From the IMG/VR virus record IMGVR_UViG_2681813271_000007: 14,304 bases of DNA, one strand, 5' to 3'. Shown one piece after another: positions 7,771 to 14,304 of the stretch. A program made the translations under genes and the position numbers. How positions within the stretch are numbered: position 1 is the first letter of the stretch; every line of letters starts with the position of its first letter. Under the pieces are notes generated by a model. The model had not been told where the DNA came from. It made no database searches and was given only the letters and a program-made list of their open reading frames with translations. Origin of the DNA: a virus (Duplodnaviria > Heunggongvirae > Uroviricota > Caudoviricetes).

Positions 7771-8280
7771 ATGATGACGCTGATTATTCCGCGAAAGGAG
7801 GCTCCCGTGTCCGGTGAGGGTACGGTGGTTATCCCGCAACCGGCAGGCGACGAGCCGGTGATTAAAAACACGTTCTTTTTTCCCGATATTGACCCGAAGC
7901 GCGTCCGGGAACGTATGCGCCTTGAGCAGACCGTCGCCCCCGCCCGTCTGCGTGAGGCCATCAAGTCAGGCATGGCGGAGACGAATGCGGAGCTGTACGA
8001 GTACCGCGAACAGAAAATTGCTGCCGGTTTTTCGCGTCTGGCTGACGTCCCGGCGGACGACATCGACGGTGAAAGCATCAAAGTTTTTTACTACGAGCGC
8101 GCTGTGTGTGCGATGGCGACCGCGTCGCTTTATGAGCGTTACCGCGGCGTGGATGCCAGTGCCAAGGGCGACAAGAAGGCCGACAGCATTGACAGCACCA
8201 TTGATGAGCTGTGGCGGGATATGCGCTGGGCGGTGGCGCGTATCCAGGACAAGCCGCGCTGCATCGTGAGTCAAATCTGA
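7771..8280 (+). CDS. L: head completion/stabilisation protein, P2 gpL
   Basis: 169 aa from ATG 7771 (MMTLIIPRKE..) with GAGG SD; track ORF starts 20 codons upstream. Confidence 0.9.
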   Translation: MMTLIIPRKEAPVSGEGTVVIPQPAGDEPVIKNTFFFPDIDPKRVRERMRLEQTVAPARLREAIKSGMAETNAELYEYREQKIAAGFSRLADVPADDIDGESIKVFYYERAVCAMATASLYERYRGVDASAKGDKKADSIDSTIDELWRDMRWAVARIQDKPRCIVSQI

Positions 8281-8483
8281 TGAAGACCTTTGCGCTACAG
8301 GGCGACACGCTCGACGCCATTTGTGTTCGGTATTACGGGCGCACTGAGGGCGTGGTCGAGGCCGTGCTCGCCGCAAATCCGGGACTGGCTGAACTGGGGG
8401 CGGTGCTGCCACACGGCACCGCCGTCGAACTGCCCGACGTTCAGACCGCGCCCGTGGCTGAAACTGTCAATCTGTGGGAGTAA
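8280..8483 (+). CDS. X: tail protein X, P2 gpX
   Basis: 67 aa (MKTFALQGDTLDAICVRYYG..), ATG overlaps L stop (TGATG). Confidence 0.85.
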   Translation: MKTFALQGDTLDAICVRYYGRTEGVVEAVLAANPGLAELGAVLPHGTAVELPDVQTAPVAETVNLWE

Positions 8484-8486
8484 CGC

Positions 8487-8768
8487 ATGACAGCAGAAGA
8501 AAAAAGCGTCCTGTCGCTTTTCATGATTGGGGTGCTGATTGTTGTCGGCAAGGTGCTTGCCGGTGGTGAACCCATCACTCCGCGTCTGTTTATCGGGCGC
8601 ATGTTGCTCGGTGGTTTTGTCTCGATGGTTGCCGGTGTTGTTCTGGTGCAGTTTCCTGACCTGTCACTGCCTGCGGTGTGCGGCATCGGCTCCATGCTGG
8701 GTATCGCCGGTTATCAGGTGATTGAGATTGCCATTCAGCGCCGCTTTAAGGGCAGGGGGAAACCGTAA
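8487..8768 (+). CDS. Y: holin, P2 gpY
   Basis: 93 aa, hydrophobic transmembrane segments, GGGAG SD, position upstream of endolysin. Confidence 0.9.
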   Translation: MTAEEKSVLSLFMIGVLIVVGKVLAGGEPITPRLFIGRMLLGGFVSMVAGVVLVQFPDLSLPAVCGIGSMLGIAGYQVIEIAIQRRFKGRGKP

Positions 8769-9265
8769 TGCCGGTAATTAGCACACATCAGAATATCGCC
8801 GCCTTTCTCGACATGCTGGCCGTGTCCGAAGGGACGGCGAATCATCCGCTGACGAAAAACCGGGGCTATGACGTGATAGTCACCGGACTGGACGGGAAGC
8901 CGGAAATCTTCACCGACTACAGTGACCACCCGTTCGCACATGGCCGACCGGCGAAGGTGTTTAACCGTCGCGGTGAAAAATCCACGGCCTCCGGTCGCTA
9001 TCAGCAGCTTTACCTGTTCTGGCCGCACTACCGCAAACAGCTTGCCCTGCCGGATTTCAGTCCGTTGTCACAGGACAGGCTCGCCATTCAGTTGATCCGC
9101 GAACGCGGTGCACTGGATGACATCCGGGCGGGACGCATTGAGCGCGCCATTTCACGCTGTCGCAATATCTGGGCGTCCCTGCCGGGTGCCGGTTACGGTC
9201 AGCGTGAGCATTCACTGGAAAAACTGGTCACCGTCTGGCGCACCGCTGGCGGCGTACCGGCTTAA
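8768..9265 (+). CDS. K: endolysin (lysozyme), P2 gpK
   Basis: 165 aa, start overlaps Y stop (TAATG); size/order match P2 K. Confidence 0.92.
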   Translation: MPVISTHQNIAAFLDMLAVSEGTANHPLTKNRGYDVIVTGLDGKPEIFTDYSDHPFAHGRPAKVFNRRGEKSTASGRYQQLYLFWPHYRKQLALPDFSPLSQDRLAIQLIRERGALDDIRAGRIERAISRCRNIWASLPGAGYGQREHSLEKLVTVWRTAGGVPA

Positions 9266-9279
9266 ACGGAGTAAACACC

Positions 9280-9705
9280 ATGAAGAAATTATCCCTTTCA
9301 CTGATGCTGAACGTGTCGCTGGCGCTGATGCTGGCACTGTCCCTGATTTACCCGCAGAGCGTGGCCGTCAGTTTTGTCGCTGCATGGGCGATTCTGGCGA
9401 CGGTTATCTGTGTGATTGCCGGTGGTGTCGGCGTGTATGCCGCGGAGTATGTGCTGGAACGCTACGGGCGGGAGCTGCCGCCGGAATCGCTGGCCGTGAA
9501 GATTGTCACGTCGCTGTTTTTGCAGCCGGTGCCGTGGCGCAGACGGGCAGCGGCTCTGATGGTGATGGTGGCGACGTTTATCTCGCTGGTCGCTGCCGGG
9601 TGGATTTTTACCGCACTGATTTATCTCGTGGCATCGCTGTTTTTCCGGCTGATACGTACGGCCTGCCGTCAGCGTCTTGAGGGGCGGGAACCATGTCAAA
9701 ACTGA
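9280..9705 (+). CDS. lysA: lysis accessory membrane protein LysA
   Basis: 141 aa, strongly hydrophobic multi-TM protein, GGAG SD; order matches P2. Confidence 0.85.
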   Translation: MKKLSLSLMLNVSLALMLALSLIYPQSVAVSFVAAWAILATVICVIAGGVGVYAAEYVLERYGRELPPESLAVKIVTSLFLQPVPWRRRAAALMVMVATFISLVAAGWIFTALIYLVASLFFRLIRTACRQRLEGREPCQN

Positions 9706-10118
9706 TGATTGTGCTGGTTGTGTTGTTATCGCTGGCGGTGGCCGGTCTGTTTCTGGTGAAACACAAAAATGCCAGCCTGCGCGCCTTGCTGGACAGGGCG
9801 AACAACGTCGCCAGTGAACAGCAGACGACCATCACCATGCTGAAAAACCAGCTTCATGTTGCCCTCACCAGGGCAGACAAAAACGAGCTGGCGCAGGTGG
9901 CACTGCGTCAGGAACTGGAGAACGCCGCGAAGCGTGAAGCTCAGCGCGAGAAAACCATCACGAGGTTACTTAATGAAAACGAAGATTTTCGCCGCTGGTA
10001 CGGTGCTGACCTGCCTGATGCTGTGCGCCGGTTGCACCAGCGCACAGCCTGCGCAGACGCCAGTGATTGTCCACAACGCCTGCCCGAAAGTGAGCCTTTG
10101 CCCGATGCCGGGCAGTGA
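9693..10118 (+). CDS. lysB: LysB, Rz-like inner-membrane spanin
   Basis: 141 aa, N-terminal TM helix then coiled-coil-like periplasmic region; GAGG SD. Confidence 0.85.
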   Translation: MSKLMIVLVVLLSLAVAGLFLVKHKNASLRALLDRANNVASEQQTTITMLKNQLHVALTRADKNELAQVALRQELENAAKREAQREKTITRLLNENEDFRRWYGADLPDAVRRLHQRTACADASDCPQRLPESEPLPDAGQ

Positions 10119-10263
10119 CCCGCAGACGAACGGCGATTTAAGTGCTGATATCCGGCAGCTTGAGAACGCGCTGGCACGCTGTGCCAGCCAGGTAAAAATG
10201 ATTAAACACTGTCAGGACGAAAACGATGCTCAAACCCGACAGCCTGCGCAGGGCGCTGACTGA
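9973..10263 (+). CDS. lysC: LysC, Rz1-like outer-membrane lipoprotein spanin, nested in +1 frame within lysB
   Basis: 96 aa from ATG 9973 with GAGG SD; MKTKIFAAGTVLTCLMLCAGCTS.. lipoprotein signal with lipobox-like LCAGC; Pro-rich mature part. Confidence 0.8.
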   Translation: MKTKIFAAGTVLTCLMLCAGCTSAQPAQTPVIVHNACPKVSLCPMPGSDPQTNGDLSADIRQLENALARCASQVKMIKHCQDENDAQTRQPAQGAD

Positions 10264-10693
10264 TGCCGTCACGGTGCTGAAAACAAGCCCCGAGATGCTG
10301 CGGATATTCGTGGATAACGGGAGTATTGCCTCCACACTGGCGACGTCGCTGTCATTCGAAAAGCGTTACACGCTCAACGTGATTGTGACCGACTTTACCG
10401 GTGATTTTGACCTGCTCATCGTGCCGGTGCTGGCGTGGCTGCGGGAAAATCAGCCCGACATCATGACCACCGACGAAGGCCAGAAAAAGGGCTTCACGTT
10501 TTATGCAGACATCAACAATGACAGCAGCTTTGATATCAGCATCAGCCTGATGCTGACCGAGCGCACGCTGGTCAGTGAGGTGGACGGCGCGCTGCATGTG
10601 AAGAATATCCCGGAACCTCCGCCGCCGGAGCCGGTCACCCGCCCGATGGAGCTTTATATCAATGGCGAACTGGTGAGTAAGTGGGATGAATGA
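10226..10693 (+). CDS. R: tail completion protein, P2 gpR
   Basis: 155 aa, AGGA SD; size/order match P2 R. Confidence 0.9.
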   Translation: MLKPDSLRRALTDAVTVLKTSPEMLRIFVDNGSIASTLATSLSFEKRYTLNVIVTDFTGDFDLLIVPVLAWLRENQPDIMTTDEGQKKGFTFYADINNDSSFDISISLMLTERTLVSEVDGALHVKNIPEPPPPEPVTRPMELYINGELVSKWDE

Positions 10694-11138
10694 GTTTAAG
10701 CGTTTTGAAGACAGGCTGACCGGACTTATTGAGTCGCTGTCACCGTCAGGGCGTCGGCGACTGAGCGCCGAACTGGCGAAACGTCTGCGTCAGAGTCAGC
10801 AGCGTCGGGTGATGGCACAGAAAGCCCCGGACGGCACACCCTACGCACCACGCCAGCAGCAGAGCGCCAGAAAAAAGACCGGTCGCGTTAAGCGAAAAAT
10901 GTTTGCGAAACTTATCACCAGTCGTTTTTTGCATATCCGCGCCAGCCCTGAACAGGCATCAATGGAGTTTTACGGCGGGAAGTCACCGAAAATAGCCAGT
11001 GTGCATCAGTTCGGTCTGTCGGAAGAAACCCGGAAAGACGGTAAGAAAATTCATTATCCGGCGCGTCCCCTGCTCGGCTTTACCGGTGAGGATGTGCAGA
11101 TGATTGAAGAGATTATCCTGGCTCACCTCGACCGTTAG
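10686..11138 (+). CDS. S: tail completion protein, P2 gpS
   Basis: 150 aa, ATG overlaps end of R; size/order match P2 S. Confidence 0.9.
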   Translation: MNEFKRFEDRLTGLIESLSPSGRRRLSAELAKRLRQSQQRRVMAQKAPDGTPYAPRQQQSARKKTGRVKRKMFAKLITSRFLHIRASPEQASMEFYGGKSPKIASVHQFGLSEETRKDGKKIHYPARPLLGFTGEDVQMIEEIILAHLDR

Positions 11139-11170
11139 TTGTGCCATTCCTGACACCTCATCGTCACATT

Positions 11171-11192
11171 GCCGCCGGTATGACCCGGCGGC
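11171..11192 (+). other. perfect 8-bp stem hairpin in S-V intergenic region
   Basis: GCCGCCGG-tatgac-CCGGCGGC, 12 nt upstream of the V start codon; no downstream T-tract. Confidence 0.5.
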
Positions 11193-11204
11193 ATCCTTCC
11201 CGTT

Positions 11205-11840
11205 ATGAACACTCTCGCAAATATTCAGGAACTCGCGCGCGCACTGCGCAACATGATCCGCACCGGCATTATCGTCGAAACCGACCTTAATGCCGGTCGC
11301 TGCCGTGTGCAGACCGGCGGCATGTGCACCGACTGGCTTCAGTGGCTGACCCATCGCGCCGGACGTTCGCGCACATGGTGGGCACCTTCCGTGGGGGAAC
11401 AGGTGCTGATTCTGGCCGTAGGCGGTGAACTCGACACGGCGTTCGTTCTGCCGGGGATTTATTCCGGTGATAACCCCGCGCCGTCTGCGTCGGCGGATGC
11501 CCTGCATATCCGTTTCCCTGACGGGGCGGTGATTGAGTATGAACCTGAAACCAGTGCACTCACGGTAAGCGGAATTAAAACGGCCAGCGTGACGGCTTCT
11601 GATTCTGTTACTGCCACGGTGCCGGTGGTCACGGTGAAAGCATCAACCCGCGTCACTCTGGACACGCCGGAGGTGGTCTGCACAAACAAGCTGATCACTG
11701 GCACGCTGGAAGTGCAGAAGGGCGGGACGATGCGCGGCAACATTGAACACACCGGCGGTGAACTCTCATCAAACGGGAAGGTACTGCATACCCATAAACA
11801 CCCCGGCGACAGCGGCGGCACAACCGGGAGTCCTCTATGA
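11205..11840 (+). CDS. V: baseplate central spike protein, P2 gpV
   Basis: 211 aa; size/order match P2 V. Confidence 0.92.
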   Translation: MNTLANIQELARALRNMIRTGIIVETDLNAGRCRVQTGGMCTDWLQWLTHRAGRSRTWWAPSVGEQVLILAVGGELDTAFVLPGIYSGDNPAPSASADALHIRFPDGAVIEYEPETSALTVSGIKTASVTASDSVTATVPVVTVKASTRVTLDTPEVVCTNKLITGTLEVQKGGTMRGNIEHTGGELSSNGKVLHTHKHPGDSGGTTGSPL

Positions 11841-12184
11841 CAGCGCGTTATCTCGGAATGAATCGCAGTGATGGCCTGACTGTCTCTGACCTTGAGCATA
11901 TCAGCCAGAGTATCGGCGATATCCTGCGCACGCCGGTCGGCTCACGGGTGATGCGTCGTGATTACGGCTCGTTGCTGGCGTCAATGATTGACCAGCCGCA
12001 GACCCCGGCGCTTGAGTTGCAGATTAAGGTCGCCTGTTACATGGCCGTGCTGAAATGGGAAGCCCGCGTCACCCTGTCATCCGTCACCACGGCGCGCAGC
12101 TTTGACGGGCGAATGACGGTCACGTTAACCGGCCAGCACAACGACACCGGCCAGCCACTTTCGTTAACCATCCCTGTGAGTTGA
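11837..12184 (+). CDS. W: baseplate wedge protein, P2 gpW (gp25-like)
   Basis: 115 aa, ATG overlaps V stop (ATGA). Confidence 0.9.
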   Translation: MTARYLGMNRSDGLTVSDLEHISQSIGDILRTPVGSRVMRRDYGSLLASMIDQPQTPALELQIKVACYMAVLKWEARVTLSSVTTARSFDGRMTVTLTGQHNDTGQPLSLTIPVS

Positions 12185-12188
12185 AACC

Positions 12189-13097
12189 ATGCCGATTATC
12201 GACCTGAACCAGCTACCCGCACCGGATGTGGTCGAGGAGCTGGACTTTGAAACCATTCTTGCCGAACGCAAGGCGACACTGATTTCCCTTTACCCGGAAG
12301 ACCAGCAGGAGGCGGTCGCCCGTACCCTGACGCTGGAATCCGAGCCTCTCGTCAAACTGCTGGAGGAAAATGCTTATCGTGAGCTTATCTGGCGTCAGCG
12401 TGTGAATGAGGCCGCACGGGCGGTAATGCTGGCCTGTGCCGCCGGTAATGACCTTGATGTGATTGGTGCCAATTACAACACCACGCGCCTGATTATCACC
12501 CCGGCAGATGATTCGACCCTCCCGCCGACACCGGCAGTGATGGAATCTGACACGGATTATCGTCTGCGTATTCAGCAGGCGTTTGAAGGTTTAAGCGTCG
12601 CCGGGTCGGTGGGGGCCTATCAGTATCATGGTCGCAGTGCCGACGGGCGTGTCGCGGATATTTCTGTAACCAGTCCGTCTCCGGCCTGCGTCACCATCTC
12701 TGTGCTGTCACGTGAAAATAACGGTGTCGCATCCGAAGACCTGCTGGCGGTGGTGCGTAACGCCCTTAATGGTGAGGACGTCAGGCCGGTGGCCGACCGC
12801 GTGACCGTGCAGTCTGCCGCCATCGTTGAATACCAGATAAACGCCACGCTTTACCTTTACCCTGGTCCCGAAAGCGAACCCATACGCGCTGCTGCCGTGA
12901 AAAAACTGGAAGCGTACATCACGGCACAGCACCGGCTGGGGCGCGACATCCGTCTGTCTGCCATTTATGCCGCTTTGCATGTGGAAGGCGTGCAGCGTGT
13001 CGAACTGACTGCACCGCTGGCCGACATCGTGCTCAACAGTACGCAGGCGTCTTTCTGTACCGAATACCGCGTCGTGACCGGAGGCTCGGATGAGTGA
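12189..13097 (+). CDS. J: baseplate assembly protein, P2 gpJ
   Basis: 302 aa; size/order match P2 J. Confidence 0.92.
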   Translation: MPIIDLNQLPAPDVVEELDFETILAERKATLISLYPEDQQEAVARTLTLESEPLVKLLEENAYRELIWRQRVNEAARAVMLACAAGNDLDVIGANYNTTRLIITPADDSTLPPTPAVMESDTDYRLRIQQAFEGLSVAGSVGAYQYHGRSADGRVADISVTSPSPACVTISVLSRENNGVASEDLLAVVRNALNGEDVRPVADRVTVQSAAIVEYQINATLYLYPGPESEPIRAAAVKKLEAYITAQHRLGRDIRLSAIYAALHVEGVQRVELTAPLADIVLNSTQASFCTEYRVVTGGSDE

Positions 13098-13620
13098 TTC
13101 GCGACTGCTGCCGACCGGCTCATCACCGCTTGAAGTTGCCGCCGCAAAAGCCTGTGCGGAAATTGAAAAAACGCCGGTCAGGATTCGTGAACTGTGGAAC
13201 CCGGATACCTGTCCGGCAAATCTGCTGCCGTGGCTGGCGTGGGCGTTTTCGGTCGACAGGTGGGATGAAAAGTGGCCGGAAGCGACAAAACGCGCCGTTA
13301 TCCGCGATGCCTATTTCATCCACTGTCATAAAGGCACTATCGGCGCAATCCGGCGTGTGGTGGAGCCGCTCGGCTATCTCATCAACGTGACGGAGTGGTG
13401 GGAAAACAGTGACCCGCCCGGCACCTTCCGGCTTGATATTGGTGTACTGGAAAGCGGCATCACAGAGGCAATGTATCAGGAAATGGAACGGCTTATTGCT
13501 GATGCCAAACCTGCAAGCCGTCATCTTATTGGCCTGAACATTACCCGGGACATTCCCGGCTACCTGTTCGCCGGTGGTGTGGCTTACGACGGCGATGTAA
13601 TTACGGTTTACCCCGGATAA
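13090..13620 (+). CDS. I: baseplate assembly protein, P2 gpI
   Basis: 176 aa, GGAGG SD, overlaps J end. Confidence 0.9.
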   Translation: MSDSRLLPTGSSPLEVAAAKACAEIEKTPVRIRELWNPDTCPANLLPWLAWAFSVDRWDEKWPEATKRAVIRDAYFIHCHKGTIGAIRRVVEPLGYLINVTEWWENSDPPGTFRLDIGVLESGITEAMYQEMERLIADAKPASRHLIGLNITRDIPGYLFAGGVAYDGDVITVYPG

Positions 13621-13630
13621 GTGAGGAATA

Positions 13631-14304
13631 ATGAGCACAAAATTCAGAACCGTTATCACCACTGCCGGTGCAGCAAAGCTGGCAGCGGCAACCGCACCGG
13701 GAGGGCGGAAGGTCAACATTACCACGATGGCCGTCGGGGATGGCGGTGGTAAATTGCCTGTCCCGGATGCCGGACAGACCGGGCTTATCCACGAAGTCTG
13801 GCGACATACGCTGAACAAAATCAGCCAGGACAAACGAAACAGTAATTATATTATCGCAGAGCTGGTTATTCCGCCGGAGGTGGGCGGTTTCTGGATGCGT
13901 GAGCTTGGCCTGTACGATGATGCGGGAACGTTAATTGCCGTGGCGAACATGGCCGAAAGTTATAAGCCAGCTCTTGCCGAAGGCTCAGGGCGTTCGCAGA
14001 CCTGTCGCATGGTCATCATCGTCAGCAGTGTGGCCTCGGTGGAGCTGACCATTGACACCACAACGGTGATGGCGACACAGGATTACGTTGATGACAAAAT
14101 TGCAGAGCACGAACAGTCACGACGTCACCCGGACGCCTCGCTGACCGCAAAAGGTTTTACTCAGTTAAGCAGTGCGACCAACAGCACGTCTGAAACACTG
14201 GCCGCAACGCCGAAAGCGGTAAAGGCCGCCTATGACCTTGCTAACGGGAAATATACCGCACAGGACGCTACCACAGCTCGAAAAGGTCTTGTCCAGCTCA
14301 GTAG
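13631..14304 (+). CDS. H: tail fibre protein P2 gpH, N-terminal part (continues beyond right edge)
   Basis: Not in ORF track because no stop inside window; hand translation from ATG 13631 gives MSTKFRTVITTAGAAKLAAATAPGGRKVNITTMAVGDGGG.. with no stops to the window end; GAGG SD. Confidence 0.88.
   Translation, partial: MSTKFRTVITTAGAAKLAAATAPGGRKVNITTMAVGDGGGKLPVPDAGQTGLIHEVWRHTLNKISQDKRNSNYIIAELVIPPEVGGFWMRELGLYDDAGTLIAVANMAESYKPALAEGSGRSQTCRMVIIVSSVASVELTIDTTTVMATQDYVDDKIAEHEQSRRHPDASLTAKGFTQLSSATNSTSETLAATPKAVKAAYDLANGKYTAQDATTARKGLVQLS

Noticed and set aside
9108-9680. 190-aa plus-strand ORF
   Set aside because: Alternative frame overlapping K and lysA, both of which have proper starts and RBSs; spurious.
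10983-11899. 174-aa and 146-aa minus-strand ORFs
   Set aside because: Antisense to S, V and W; spurious.
13123-13833. 236-aa minus-strand ORF
   Set aside because: Antisense to baseplate gene I and the start of H; spurious.
1-14304. Search for tRNA, rRNA, CRISPR repeats, IS elements, integrase or att sites
   Set aside because: No repeat-spacer periodicity, no tRNA-like structures and no transposase- or integrase-like ORFs were seen; the integration module of a P2-like prophage is expected outside this window.

Overview
The window is a P2-like (Peduovirus) prophage segment from an enterobacterial genome. From about 1773 to the right edge it carries the P2 packaging, head, lysis and tail/baseplate genes in canonical order and size: cos, Q and P (minus strand), then O, N, M, L, X, Y, K, lysA, lysB with nested lysC, R, S, V, W, J, I and the 5' part of H (plus strand). 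The major capsid gene N is split into two ORFs by a -1 frameshift. Left of cos, where P2 carries its old/tin accessory genes, sits an AT-rich block of four tightly packed minus-strand genes (1..1605) with no resemblance to P2 structural genes. The largest has clear DUF262/ParB-like motifs; the other three are small proteins of unknown function, the last one running off the left edge. I consider this cassette the best candidate for a novel system, most plausibly an anti-phage defence or exclusion module, though its function is inference from position and domain content only. Two in-frame N runs (39 and 48 nt) lie inside the DUF262 gene and make its exact structure uncertain. No tRNA, rRNA, CRISPR array, IS element or integrase was seen. 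All identifications rest on reading the translations and on recalled knowledge of P2; no searches were run.
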